Shown: positions 9,441-19,757, counted from the first letter of the stretch. The stretch is DNA of 64,000 nucleotides from Kiritimatiellia bacterium (GCA_050944835.1 JBMNRV010000001.1:31212-95211); one strand, 5' to 3'. Notes: generated from the letters alone by a model not told the origin. Program-made: numbers and translations.

Positions 9441-11051
9441 ATGTATTTGCGCCTGTTTTTCTTATTGGCTTGGATGGTGGCGTCGGTTGTCGTCGCCGAT
9501 GACCCTTTTGCCGTCACCGTCCGGTTGCGTCCATCGGGCGTGCATTACGCTCTGCTGACAGTGTCGGCCCATGTGCCGTCAGGGTATCGTTTATACGCCG
9601 ATGATTTTGCGGTCGAGACTGTGGCGCCGGCGGCATTGACGGTCGTTTCCCTGCCCGTGCCGGTCATGGCTCAGGATGCATTGACCGGCGCCGCGAAGCC
9701 GGTCTATACCTCAGATTTTACCGCTGTTTACGGGCTGACGGAGTTACCGGATGCCTCAGAGTTGCATGTTCGTGTGCATTATATGGGGTGCGATGCCGCC
9801 ATCTGTTTTCTTCCGCAGACCCGCGAGTTTAACCTTACGTTAGCTGAAGCCGGTAATTTTACTGATGTCGCGCCAGGCATGATGCCCGAAGCGCCGGAGC
9901 GCGATCCGGGCGAAAATGTTGCCGATAATTGGGGCAAACGTTTGGAGCGTTTTGAGAAGCGGGGATTGCGCGCCGGTTACATGCCGGCGGCAGAATTTCT
10001 GAAGTTTCTCGATACTGCCGCCACCGGTTCGAATGACACTGAACAGGGCTCTGCGCCATCGAAAAATTACTGGTGGTTTATCGTATTAATTCTGTTAGGC
10101 GGGCTTGCTTTGAATTTAACGCCCTGTGTGTTGCCGATGATTCCGATCAACTTGGCCATTATCGGCGCCGGCGCTGTGAAGGATGCGCCCAGCGGTGGCG
10201 GGCGTCGGCGCGGGTTCATTCTGGGCTCTTTGTATGGATTGGGGATTACGGCGGCATATGGGGTATTGGGTTCTGCCGTGGTGCTGACCGGCTCGGTCTT
10301 TGGTTCTGTCAATGCTTCACCCTGGTTTAACTTTGCTGTGGCGGTTTTGTTTTTAGGAATGGCGCTGGCGATGTTTGACGTCTGGACAGTGGACTTCAGC
10401 CGTTGGCAATCGCGCACAACCTTTGCTGGCGGCGGCAGCTTGGCGGTAGTGTTGATGGGGGCTGTTTCCGCTGTCCTGGCGGGCGCTTGCGTGGCGCCGG
10501 TGGTGTTGACGGTGCTGACCCAGTCATTGATGTTATATGCCGGCGGGAATCGCGCGGCTGGGCTGGCATTGCCTTTTGTGCTGGGATTGGGCATGGCTTT
10601 GCCTTGGCCATTAGCCGGCGCCGGTTTGGCGGCTTTGCCGCGGCCGGGGCGCTGGATGAACAATGTTAAACGATTGTTTGGCGTCATTATCCTGATATTA
10701 TCCGGATACTATGCCTGGGTGGGGTGGGGATTGTTACCGGCGCGCACTGCCGACATGCCGGAAGCAGCGCCGGCGGAAAGCCAATTAAAGGATTTAACGG
10801 CTGCATTGGACTTGGCAGAGCGGGAAGGTCGGCCGCTTTTAGTGGATTTTTGGGCATCGTGGTGCAAAAACTGCATTGCAATGGAAGCCACCACCCTGAA
10901 AGATTCAGAAGTGGTGGAGCGGTTGCAGCATTTTGTGTTCTTGAAATACCAAGCTGAACACCCCGATCTGACGCCAACGAAGGATGTCTTGTCGGCCTTT
11001 AATGTCATGGGATTGCCCACCTATGTGATACTGATGCCGACTGGCCGCTGA
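9441..11051 (+). CDS. DsbD-like thiol:disulfide interchange protein (transmembrane core plus C-terminal thioredoxin)
   Basis: LNLTPCVLPMIPI membrane motif, multiple TM segments, and a C-terminal FWASWCKNC CxxC thioredoxin motif. Confidence 0.75.
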   Translation: MYLRLFFLLAWMVASVVVADDPFAVTVRLRPSGVHYALLTVSAHVPSGYRLYADDFAVETVAPAALTVVSLPVPVMAQDALTGAAKPVYTSDFTAVYGLTELPDASELHVRVHYMGCDAAICFLPQTREFNLTLAEAGNFTDVAPGMMPEAPERDPGENVADNWGKRLERFEKRGLRAGYMPAAEFLKFLDTAATGSNDTEQGSAPSKNYWWFIVLILLGGLALNLTPCVLPMIPINLAIIGAGAVKDAPSGGGRRRGFILGSLYGLGITAAYGVLGSAVVLTGSVFGSVNASPWFNFAVAVLFLGMALAMFDVWTVDFSRWQSRTTFAGGGSLAVVLMGAVSAVLAGACVAPVVLTVLTQSLMLYAGGNRAAGLALPFVLGLGMALPWPLAGAGLAALPRPGRWMNNVKRLFGVIILILSGYYAWVGWGLLPARTADMPEAAPAESQLKDLTAALDLAEREGRPLLVDFWASWCKNCIAMEATTLKDSEVVERLQHFVFLKYQAEHPDLTPTKDVLSAFNVMGLPTYVILMPTGR

Positions 11052-11089
11052 TCATTTTGTTGAACAATCACCACCGGAACATCCGGCAT

Positions 11090-11393
11090 CCTAAAACTGC
11101 GGCAGTTGAAATTCAGGAAACGAGCCCTGAAGGGGCGATATATACCTAGCCCAGGGCGTTGCCCTGGGATTAACGGAAAAATATGAAAACAGCCCTGAAA
11201 GGGCGTGACATAGAAATTCAGGGCAACATCTTGGAATATCGGGGATTGAACACAACTATGTCACGCCCTTTAAGGGCTAATATTGATGGTGTATTGTTTA
11301 CCTAGGGCGTTGCCCTCGGCTGGGTATGTAACGCCCCGTTGGGGCTAATGTCGTACATCTACGACAGACTTGCCAACTGCCGCAGTTTAAGGG
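11090..11393. mobile_element. mosaic intergenic element (hairpin-rich variant) bounded by inverted A-type ends
   Basis: Left end CCTAAAACTGCGGCAGTTG; right end CTTGCCAACTGCCGCAGTTTAAGGG. The interior is made of GCCCTGAAAGGGC and CCAGGGCGTTGCCCTGG hairpins and is repeated in inverted orientation at 32380-32545. Confidence 0.7.
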
Positions 11394-11503
11394 ACACGCT
11401 TTTCCATTGCAAATACTGTGGTGAACTATATTATGCTTCCCGGTAAACGCTGCGTCAGGACGTGCCACGGCGTTTTTGATCAAAGAGCAAGGAAGGGTAA
11501 AAT

Positions 11504-12160
11504 ATGGCAAATGATGTGCGGGCGGAATTGGTGGAGTATGGCGTTAAAATCGCGCGTGCCGGTCTGGTAGCCGGCGCCGGCGGCAATATCAGCGCGCGTT
11601 CCGGCGACACAATCTGGATGAAACCCAGCGGCGTGGCGATGGATGATATGACGCCCGATGACTTGTGTGGGCTGGCGTTGGCTGACGGACGTCAGACACA
11701 CGGCGCGAACAAGCCGACTTCCGAATACAATATGCACCTTGCCGTTTATCGCGCGCGGCCGGAAGTAAACGCGGTGTTTCATACCCATTCCCCTTGGGCA
11801 TCCGGGGTAATCAGCTCCGGCGCCGAGTTGAAACCAATGTTTGCCGAATTTGTCTGCGATCTTGGGCGCGTTGGCCGAATCCCCTACATCACTCCCACCA
11901 CCGTTGCGTTAGCGCAGGCCGTGGGCGAGATGGCGGCTGACCATGACACTATCTTCATGGTTAATCACGGCATTCTGGCGTTAGGCGTCAATATGAAGCA
12001 GGCTTATTACCGGTGCCTGGTGGTTGAAGATGCAGCCAAGTCCATGGTGGCGGCGGCGGCGGTAGGTCGCCCGGTTTTCCTGAATGCGCAACAAATTGAG
12101 GAACTGCAACGTTCGGATGCCGTCAGTTATCGCGTGAAGACTATGGAAGCGCGCCAGTAA
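11504..12160 (+). CDS. class II aldolase/adducin-domain protein (fuculose-phosphate aldolase / MTRu-1-P dehydratase-like)
   Basis: GAGGNISAR, SEYNMHLAVY and VFHTHSPW motifs. Confidence 0.75.
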   Translation: MANDVRAELVEYGVKIARAGLVAGAGGNISARSGDTIWMKPSGVAMDDMTPDDLCGLALADGRQTHGANKPTSEYNMHLAVYRARPEVNAVFHTHSPWASGVISSGAELKPMFAEFVCDLGRVGRIPYITPTTVALAQAVGEMAADHDTIFMVNHGILALGVNMKQAYYRCLVVEDAAKSMVAAAAVGRPVFLNAQQIEELQRSDAVSYRVKTMEARQ

Positions 12161-12167
12161 GCAGTGA

Positions 12168-12830
12168 TCAGGCACTGTGGCTCAGCGACAGGAAATACTC
12201 GGTCAGCGATGAAAAATCGTTGAAAGCAATCTCTGGCGCTTCCGGCTCGGCTTTGCCAATGCCGTAAGTGACGAAAACACCGTGTGCGCCGGCTCGACGC
12301 GCACAGGCCAAGTCGTTGGCGCTGTCGCCGATCATCCAGGTGTCCGTCGGCGTAAATCGCAAGCCCCGCATGGTGTGCAACAGCGCTTCCGGATGCGGTT
12401 TCAGATTGCTCACACTGTCGCCGCCCATTATGCTTGTGAAAATGTTGTCCAACGCGAAGTGGCGTAGCAATTTCAGGCAGGAGACAAAAGGTTTGTTACT
12501 GACCAGTACCAGCGCTGCGCCGGCGCGGGACAAGCGTGACAAGCCTTCCGCGACGCCGGGATAGAGCGTCGTGGTGTCGTGTATGTGGGCGCGGTAACAT
12601 GCCGAGTTGATTTGCACCGCCTCGTCTAAGTCAATGCCTGTGGCATCGTATAGTGAGCACTGCACCAGTTTGCGGATACCGTCACCGATAAATTGCGTTA
12701 TCGTGGTTTCCGGTAACGGCGGCAAGTTGTAATGTTCGCGCATGAGATTGATGCCCGTGCAGAGATCGCTCCGGGAATCAATCAACGTGCCGTCCAAGTC
12801 GAATGCCAGCAGCTTATTCATTTGATGCAA
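12168..12830 (-). CDS. HAD-family phosphatase (phosphoglycolate phosphatase-like)
   Basis: Motif I LAFDLDGTL, LVSNK, and GDSANDLACARRAG. Confidence 0.75.
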   Translation of the reverse strand: MHQMNKLLAFDLDGTLIDSRSDLCTGINLMREHYNLPPLPETTITQFIGDGIRKLVQCSLYDATGIDLDEAVQINSACYRAHIHDTTTLYPGVAEGLSRLSRAGAALVLVSNKPFVSCLKLLRHFALDNIFTSIMGGDSVSNLKPHPEALLHTMRGLRFTPTDTWMIGDSANDLACARRAGAHGVFVTYGIGKAEPEAPEIAFNDFSSLTEYFLSLSHSA

Positions 12831-14728
12831 CTGGGCGTGACACTGCGCGCGTATTGTATCGTAATATATTCGCCAACCTGCAACCAGATCGGTTCGAGCT
12901 TTTCAGTTAACTCGGGTATGGTGGTTATGCGTCGGGCGAGATAGTCATCCAGGCGTTCCCCCAAACCATCCAAGCGCGCAAGCAACCCGCCGTAACGTCG
13001 TTCTATTGTTTCCCATCCATGCGGCTTGCAGTTCTTCATCCAGTAATCGCGATGTGTGCGCCATAGCTGTCTGACTATTCGCCGTAATTTCGGCAAGTCG
13101 GTATCGGCGATTTTTTTTAATGCGGTGCGGTTACCACTCCGATAAGCTGCGGCAAGATTGCGGCGCAGTGTTACTTTGATTGATAAAGCCTGGGCCAACA
13201 GGACGGGATGGCGCAGATGTGAATTTTGACCGCCAGTGCGAGCGACGCGCGCAAGCTTCGTCGCTAATTCGCTGTAGTGTCGGGCCAGACGTTTCGGGTC
13301 GGTTATTTGCGGGTCAATGATTGACAACAGCGGGTCTTGCCAGAGCAAGGGTTTGCTGAGATTTGTTGCGTTAAGCAGCTTCTGCTGTTGGCGCTGCTTG
13401 CTCAAGTATCCCGGCGCATCCAACTCGGAGGCCAAAACGAAAGTGTCGAAGTCAGCTTGGCAAATAGCGCGGAAGTCAGTCCGCATCCGACGCATGTCAG
13501 GCTGGTCGGCGTATACGTATTCGGCAAAGAATTGTACCCCTGGCAATGCGGAAAAAAGATTATGTTCGGCGCCATCGTCGCCCCACATAGTCATGAATAC
13601 CTCGCGCAGACGGGTTTTCCGGCAAGCCTGCATACAGGCGCTGGTAGCGTTGAATGTCCAGGGAAGGTTCGTCCAGAAGCGGTTCCATGTGTAGATGCCG
13701 CCGGCCATTATAGGTTCCGTCCCCATGTCGCGGTGGCGGGTTATCCATTTTTCGTAAAAGGCAGTGTCCAGGTGGTAGTAATCCCAGTAAACCAGTTGCA
13801 CATCACGCGGGATAGCTTTGACGACTTCGCGGGGGATGACGGATTCCTCATCGTAATAACTGTTGGTTTTAGAGCCGATACGGAAGTACATATCGCTCCA
13901 AATCATCGGGTGCAGACCTTGTTTCCGGCATATATTACGCACACAGCGCAGATGAGCGTTCAGTATGTCAAAAGGACGTTTTTCGCCGAACAGCCTGCGA
14001 AACTGGCCGCTGCCGATGCCATGGGCTTCGTCCATGCCTACATGAATACGTTTTGATTTAAACGGTGCGGTGGCGGCGGCGATCATTTGTTCCAGTAATG
14101 TATATGTTTCGGGCGTCTGTGCCAGCAACACTGTTGCGGTGTCGCGTAAATTGGCGTAGGCCGGCCACTGCAAAATCTGTTCCAAGTGTCCAAGGGCTTG
14201 AATACAGGGAATCATTTCAACTCCCAAGGCATCGGCGTATTGATCCAGATCCTGCAATTCTTTTTGGGTGTAACGTCCGCGCAGGTACCCGAAAAATGGC
14301 TGCCCCGGCACCTCGTAAGTATCCTCGGTATAGAGCATCAACATGTTTACTCCCATCAGAGCGGAGTTAAGGATAAACTGTTTCAGCGTATCCGGCAGGT
14401 AAACGCCGTTACGCGAGACATCCAGCATCAGGCCCATCGTGTCAAAAGCGGCTGTCTCAGAAAAATTAACGGATGCAGGATTCTGTGGATCGGCGCCCAG
14501 CAACCTGCCCAACGCGCGAAAGACATCAGTGCGAGTATGGTAATTGACGGTAATTCCTGACGATTCAGCGGCGACTTTCAAGCCTGGCGTTTTTTGTGGA
14601 ATGAATTTTACTGTGCGGGCCTTGGCGGCGCTGGTGAAACGATGCGGATAAGCCTGTGCAACGGTTTGCAAGCCGGTTTGTAATTCGCGCGGGGCGGAAT
14701 TGATATTGAGTTTGAAAACATTTGACAT
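12818..14728 (-). CDS. glycoside hydrolase family 20-like protein (beta-N-acetylhexosaminidase-like)
   Basis: MLDVSRNG and HVGMDEA motifs of a (beta/alpha)8 hexosaminidase-type domain; long C-terminal helical region. Confidence 0.55.
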   Translation of the reverse strand: MSNVFKLNINSAPRELQTGLQTVAQAYPHRFTSAAKARTVKFIPQKTPGLKVAAESSGITVNYHTRTDVFRALGRLLGADPQNPASVNFSETAAFDTMGLMLDVSRNGVYLPDTLKQFILNSALMGVNMLMLYTEDTYEVPGQPFFGYLRGRYTQKELQDLDQYADALGVEMIPCIQALGHLEQILQWPAYANLRDTATVLLAQTPETYTLLEQMIAAATAPFKSKRIHVGMDEAHGIGSGQFRRLFGEKRPFDILNAHLRCVRNICRKQGLHPMIWSDMYFRIGSKTNSYYDEESVIPREVVKAIPRDVQLVYWDYYHLDTAFYEKWITRHRDMGTEPIMAGGIYTWNRFWTNLPWTFNATSACMQACRKTRLREVFMTMWGDDGAEHNLFSALPGVQFFAEYVYADQPDMRRMRTDFRAICQADFDTFVLASELDAPGYLSKQRQQQKLLNATNLSKPLLWQDPLLSIIDPQITDPKRLARHYSELATKLARVARTGGQNSHLRHPVLLAQALSIKVTLRRNLAAAYRSGNRTALKKIADTDLPKLRRIVRQLWRTHRDYWMKNCKPHGWETIERRYGGLLARLDGLGERLDDYLARRITTIPELTEKLEPIWLQVGEYITIQYARSVTPSCIK

Positions 14729-14794
14729 TGGCGCTCCTTGTTTGAGGTTGATAGGGATACAAAATTGCTTCAGGCGGCTACCGCTTTTAACGGT

Positions 14795-16315
14795 TTAATA
14801 TTCAAAATTACTTGCGCCTATGTATTCACGCAGGATTGAAGTCGCCGGCACATCGGTTGCCGGCGCTGGAAGGAAGTTATCCAAGAATCCCTGTAGCCGA
14901 CGGGCTTCCGCATATTCTGGCGAGGTAGGCTTAATTGTCATCAGCAACGGCTCGACCATTGGTTTAAGAACGGCCAATTCATAATCAAGCGCTGAGTTGA
15001 AGGCGGCGTCAGCTTGCGCTTGAAAAGGGAAAATCCATGTTCGTTCCCCATTGCGTACGGATGGCCACATGCTCAACGTTCTGGCCGGAGTGTTGCCGCG
15101 GAAACGGTAGTCACGCACCATACGGCGCATCAGCCGGTTATCGGTGGTGGAGATGCGGTTGTTGGCGTCAATGTTCAGCTGGGTCAATGCGCTTATGTAA
15201 ATCTTGAATTTAGCGTCTGCGGGAATGCGACGCGATAAACGCGGGTTGAGGCCATGGATGCCTTCGACAATCAACATTTCTTCCGGCGCCAATTGCCGTT
15301 GCACACCACGGAACTCGCGTTGTTTGGTTTCAAAGTTAAAAAACGGCAATTCGACTTTACGCCCGCGAATCAGGTCCAGCAAGTGACGGTTGAACAGAGG
15401 AACATCAATAGCGTCAATATGCTCATAGTCGGGGCGTCCGTCAGCATCAAGCGGAGTATCGGCGTCATCCACGTAGTAATCATCCAGGGAGATGGTGGAT
15501 GTGTTGATGCCGTTGACATGTAGTTGAACGGCCAGACGCTTGGCAAGGGTCGTTTTGCCGGCAGCGGATGGTCCGGAAACAAAAATGACTTTCAACGTTT
15601 GTCGCCGCTCTGCGATCTTATCCGCCAAGCGCGCAATTTTCTTTTCGTGAAAGGCTTCCGCCATGCGAATGAATTCCGGCATTCGGCCGCGGTATATTAA
15701 TTCATTCAGATTGCCGACGTTGCGAACGCCGATCGTCCGTCCCCATTTTTTGTGGTCGTTGAAAATCTTGAACAAATGCGGCTGGTCGCGGAAGCGGGCG
15801 ATACGGGCTGGGTGTTCCTGACCGGGGAATTGAAGCAAGAGCCCCGGATGGTAACGGGCTAGTTTGAAATCCGGCAGTGTTCCTGTGGAAGGCGCCAGTG
15901 GGCTATGCGCCAGATCAATAAAGCGGCCGCAGGTATGGACAACGACCGTCGGCGGGTTGCGAAACCGGAGTAAATCGGCCTTGTCTTTCTGTGCGAATTG
16001 ATCGAAGAGCTCCACGGCTTCTTCAAACGACAGGAGTTGGCGGCAAATCGGCAGATTGTGGTGGACGGCGCTGCGCATGGTCTGATCCAGTATGCGCGTT
16101 TGGGCTGCCGTCAGCGGCGAGCCGGATTTGCCCTCAAAACTACAATAGAATCCCGTTTCGAAAGAATGTTCGACCGTCAGACGGCATTCCGGTAACGCCG
16201 TTAGCGCCGCCTTCGCCAGCAGGAAGACCAACGAATTGCGATACACCAACATACCGCCAGGATCCTGCCGCGTAATGAAACGGACGCGGCAATTAACCAT
16301 CAGAGGAAAATTCAA
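14795..16315 (-). CDS. uridine-kinase-like P-loop nucleoside kinase with an N-terminal extension domain
   Basis: Walker A VSGPSAAGKTTLAKRL; resembles the Udk/PRK family in the C-terminal half. Confidence 0.6.
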   Translation of the reverse strand: MNFPLMVNCRVRFITRQDPGGMLVYRNSLVFLLAKAALTALPECRLTVEHSFETGFYCSFEGKSGSPLTAAQTRILDQTMRSAVHHNLPICRQLLSFEEAVELFDQFAQKDKADLLRFRNPPTVVVHTCGRFIDLAHSPLAPSTGTLPDFKLARYHPGLLLQFPGQEHPARIARFRDQPHLFKIFNDHKKWGRTIGVRNVGNLNELIYRGRMPEFIRMAEAFHEKKIARLADKIAERRQTLKVIFVSGPSAAGKTTLAKRLAVQLHVNGINTSTISLDDYYVDDADTPLDADGRPDYEHIDAIDVPLFNRHLLDLIRGRKVELPFFNFETKQREFRGVQRQLAPEEMLIVEGIHGLNPRLSRRIPADAKFKIYISALTQLNIDANNRISTTDNRLMRRMVRDYRFRGNTPARTLSMWPSVRNGERTWIFPFQAQADAAFNSALDYELAVLKPMVEPLLMTIKPTSPEYAEARRLQGFLDNFLPAPATDVPATSILREYIGASNFEY

Positions 16316-16409
16316 CGAACAGACTTCGTTGTTAACTATCGCGGCAATTGGGGGTGGCGCGCCACGATGATGGTCTATAAACTGCAGGCAATCGCCGGGA
16401 GTAATTCCC

Positions 16410-16435
16410 GGCGACCGGCTTAAACGCCGGTCGCC
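16410..16435 (-). terminator. perfect 10-bp GC-rich hairpin just downstream of ilvC (possible terminator, no clear U-tract)
   Basis: GGCGACCGGC-TTAAAC-GCCGGTCGCC. A second 8-bp hairpin, CGCCGGGA-GTAAT-TCCCGGCG, is adjacent. Confidence 0.25.
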
Positions 16436-16458
16436 GTCAAGAATAATCGTTATTTTTT

Positions 16459-17556
16459 TTATCCTGAACGTCCTTTAATACCCTTAGTGTTTTTATCCAA
16501 CGCACGGGCCTTTTCACGAGGGCGCAACTTGCGCACGGCCAACCCAGCTTGCCACATCTCGGAGTTGCGGAGAGCGGCCAGTTCCTTCGCCACTTTTTCG
16601 GGATAATTGGCTTTCCCGCAGACGGACAGCACACGGCGGGATTCCTTGCCGGATTTCACCGCTTGGTAGAGCTCCTTAAAGACCGGCAGTGTGGCCTTCT
16701 TGAATTTGGGCTTCCAATCCAGCGCGCCGCGTTGAGCAGTGGCGGAGCAATTGGAAAACATCCAGTCCATCCCATTTTCATCCACCAGACGGATCAAGCT
16801 TTGAGTAAGCTCCTCAACCGTCTCGTTGAAAGCTTCACTGGGAGAGTGGCCGTTGGCGCGCAGAGTGTCGTATTGCGCTTCCATTACGCCGGCCAATGCG
16901 CCCATCAGCATGCCACGTTCGCCGACTAAGTCACTGTAAACTTCGCGCTCGAAGGTCGTGGGGAAGAGGTATCCCGAGCCGATACCGATACCGATAGCCA
17001 AGCAACGTTCTTCCGCACGACCGGTAGCGTCTTGGAAGACGGCGTAACTGGAATTGATGCCGGCGCCCGTCAGGAAATTACGGCGCACGGATGTGCCGGA
17101 GCCTTTGGGTGCGACCATGATTACATCCACATCGGCTGGCGGAATGACCTTCGTTTGCTTGCCATATACAATTGAGAAACCATGGGAGAAATAAAGCGCC
17201 ATGCCGGGCTTCAGATTTTTCTTCACCACCGGCCAGATTTGTTTCTGCGCGGCATCGGAAACCAGCATCTGAATGATGGTTCCTTTTTGCACGGCTTCTT
17301 CAATGTCAAACAACGTTTTGCCGGGAACCCAGCCGTCGGAGCGTGCGCGGTTCCAATCGGCTTTGAACTTGGGTGACTGCCCGACAATCACGCGCATGCC
17401 ATTGTCTTTAAGGTTGAGCGCCTGCGCCGGACCTTGCACACCGTATCCAAGCACGGCAATGGTTTCCTTAGCCAACACTTTGCGCGCGCGCGCCAATGTG
17501 AATTCCTTGCGTGTAACAACTTTTTCCTTTTCGCCGCCAAAATTAATCACAGCCAT
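16459..17556 (-). CDS. ilvC: ketol-acid reductoisomerase
   Basis: MAVINFGG start and GYGVQGPAQALNLKDNG NADPH motif. GAGGAGTGA lies upstream of the ATG at 17556. The 499-aa ORF extension runs into a repeat element. Confidence 0.9.
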   Translation of the reverse strand: MAVINFGGEKEKVVTRKEFTLARARKVLAKETIAVLGYGVQGPAQALNLKDNGMRVIVGQSPKFKADWNRARSDGWVPGKTLFDIEEAVQKGTIIQMLVSDAAQKQIWPVVKKNLKPGMALYFSHGFSIVYGKQTKVIPPADVDVIMVAPKGSGTSVRRNFLTGAGINSSYAVFQDATGRAEERCLAIGIGIGSGYLFPTTFEREVYSDLVGERGMLMGALAGVMEAQYDTLRANGHSPSEAFNETVEELTQSLIRLVDENGMDWMFSNCSATAQRGALDWKPKFKKATLPVFKELYQAVKSGKESRRVLSVCGKANYPEKVAKELAALRNSEMWQAGLAVRKLRPREKARALDKNTKGIKGRSG

Positions 17557-17685
17557 TTGATCACTCCTCTGTAAGATTGTTGGCATTAGCGCGATACTTG
17601 TATCGCGTGTGAATAAATTCAATACTATGCTTTTCACACAACAGGTCAAGCCATTAATTGGTTTACACACCGCTTTTCTGTCTGT

Positions 17686-18246
17686 CCTAAAACTGTAGCA
17701 GTTGGCAAGTTTGTCGCAGACGGAGGGGAGAACCACGGATGAACACTGATGGACACGGATGGAGGAGGGGGCGAGATAAACCGCCAAGACGCCAAGGTGG
17801 GGAAGAGGAGAATTAACCGCAGATTGCCGCAGATTAACGCAGGTTTTATCGGAGATATAAGATGACTCGAATGGCAGGCCGCGCTGTCCGCTATGCGGAC
17901 ATGGATTGGCGGACACCCAAGATACACGAATGGATTCGCGTATCAGGGTGTCAACCAATCCGCCGGACCGGCAGATGCCGGTCAGCGCGGCGCTTGAGGA
18001 TAATCCTTTCCCTAATCCATGTCTATCAGGTTAATCCGTGGTTCTTCTGCCAGTGCGGCTCGCACCTCCGTGTGAACCTCTCCTCCTCTACGTCTATCGG
18101 CGTCATCTGCGGTTACATTCTTTGTCTGTTTCTTTCCTGGTTTTCTTGGCGTCTTGGCGGTTCAATCCTATCCGTATCCATCCAGTGGTTCCTCTGGTTT
18201 TCAACACTTTATCTCGTTTCCTGAATTTCAAATACCGCTTTTAGGG
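17686..18246. mobile_element. mosaic palindromic intergenic element, full-length copy R-b (A end, D core +, B end)
   Basis: The A end CCTAAAACTGTAGCAGTTGGCAAG is on the left. The B end CAACACTTTATCTCGTTTCCTGAATTTCAAATACCGCTTTTAGGG is on the right. The arms are built of inverted word repeats. Confidence 0.8.
17883..17990 (+). repeat. D module copy 1 (conserved three-hairpin core of the mosaic element)
   Basis: GTCCGC-TAT-GCGGAC; long stem GGATTGG..GACACCC / GGGTGTC..CCAATCC around the palindrome GATACACGAATGGATTCGCGTATC; GACCGGC-AGAT-GCCGGTC. Confidence 0.8.
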
Positions 18247-18399
18247 ATGACCCTGTTCTGGACATGCCATGTGGATTTTGATATGGTGTGGCAAATTCCA
18301 TGTTGATGTCATGTGCTGGAGTCGCCGGGTTATCCATAATTATTTCGTCTACTCCAGTCTCTGCAACCCTCTATAACGAATGTCTGCATCTTGCTGTAA

Positions 18400-19749
18400 A
18401 TGAAGCGAAATATAACTGCCCGCCGTTTCCATGTGCCGTCGGCGTTAATCGTCGGCGGCCTGATTGTGTTGATCGCGCTGCTGGCGGCTGGTAGCCTGCG
18501 GATGCTGTTTCTATTATACGAGCGTTATGTGCGTTCGGAGGCGAATTCTGCAGCGCTGCAATATGGCACACTGCTCGTGCAACGTCTGGCGCGGGAGGAA
18601 TATCTTGCCTTAGCGCCGGTGTCGCCGGAGCGCTTGGAGGAATTCCGGCGGTTGGCGGCGTCACTACACGAGCTGGATCCCCGCTTAGAGTACGTTACGG
18701 TACAGGAGGATGATCTGGTGCTTTATCACTGGCAAGCGCCGTTGGACACGGCGTTGCCGGATGCCGTAGCGTCGTCTGGGGATGGAAAAATTCTGGTCAG
18801 TCCGCGCCGTCTGCATCTCGGTGGGCGGGTGGAAGACGTGCTGGATTTTTCACAGTCTTTGGGCGTTGAGGGCATGGGGTCTCGGCGGCTGCGCCTGGGA
18901 TTGCAAAAGGAGATTCTGGAGCGGGAGCAACAGGAGTCGTTGGCGGCCATGGCGGCTATGTTCCGTTTTGCCATGATCATGGTAAGTGTGGCCTTTGGCG
19001 CCTGTCTGTTAGCGGTGTTGGTATTGGGCTGGCGTGAGATGCGCCGGATCAGACGTCGCGAGGTCGAGGGACACCTGGCTTTTGCCGGCGCGGTGGCCGG
19101 CGCGGTGATTCACGATTTCCGTAATCCGATGTCCGCCATGCGGCTGGATGCGCAATTGCTTGAGCAGGAAGCCGCTCGGGGCGTCAACGCTCGCGCTGAG
19201 AAACTGGGCGAGCTTGCAGGCCGCATTACCCGGACGTTGGCGCGCATGGATGAAATATTGCGCGAGTTTCTGGCGCTTTCATCTCCGGACCGTACAGGGG
19301 ATAATCTGTTCGATTTGAATGACATTGCAGCGGATTGCGCCGACTTATTGAAGCTGCGCTTTGAGCGTGCCGGTATTCGACTGGAAACTTCATACGCGCC
19401 GGAAAAAATGACGGTACGGGGTAATACTACGCAGTTTAAGCGGGCTTTGTTGAATATATTGAATAATGCTGTTCAATTCTCGCCGGCAGACAGCCGGGTT
19501 TTGTTGCAGACGGCGTGGTATGGCCGTTATCTGGAAGTGTCCGTTTCCGACGAGGGGCCTGGTATTCCGCCGTCAGAACGCAAGAGAGTCTTTGAGATGT
19601 ATTATGGGCGGCGGCCTGGCGGCACAGGTCTCGGTTTGGCGCTGGCCCGCGCCGCTGTCGCGAATTGCGGCGGGCGTATCATTCTGACTGATCCCCCCGG
19701 CGGCCATGGTTGCCTGGTAGTTATCCGGTTGCCGCCGGCGGATGCCTGA
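18400..19749 (+). CDS. membrane sensor histidine kinase
   Basis: N-terminal TM segment, H-box HDFRNPMSAM, N-box LNILNNAVQF, G-boxes DEGPGI and GTGLGLA. No response regulator is adjacent. Confidence 0.85.
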   Translation: MKRNITARRFHVPSALIVGGLIVLIALLAAGSLRMLFLLYERYVRSEANSAALQYGTLLVQRLAREEYLALAPVSPERLEEFRRLAASLHELDPRLEYVTVQEDDLVLYHWQAPLDTALPDAVASSGDGKILVSPRRLHLGGRVEDVLDFSQSLGVEGMGSRRLRLGLQKEILEREQQESLAAMAAMFRFAMIMVSVAFGACLLAVLVLGWREMRRIRRREVEGHLAFAGAVAGAVIHDFRNPMSAMRLDAQLLEQEAARGVNARAEKLGELAGRITRTLARMDEILREFLALSSPDRTGDNLFDLNDIAADCADLLKLRFERAGIRLETSYAPEKMTVRGNTTQFKRALLNILNNAVQFSPADSRVLLQTAWYGRYLEVSVSDEGPGIPPSERKRVFEMYYGRRPGGTGLGLALARAAVANCGGRIILTDPPGGHGCLVVIRLPPADA

Positions 19750-19757
19750 TATGGTTG

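Noticed and set aside
17557-17958. Long N-terminal extensions in the ORF track: ilvC 499 aa, htrA 583 aa (to 47053), PRTase 441 aa (to 56116), dinB 435 aa (from 56119), mgtE 674 aa (from 36772), tsaD 351 aa.
   Set aside because: The extensions translate repeat-element DNA (recurrent strings such as IRVHPWFSP and RIADSA) or overlap the upstream gene. Internal ATGs with Shine-Dalgarno-like sequences give N-termini that match the families.
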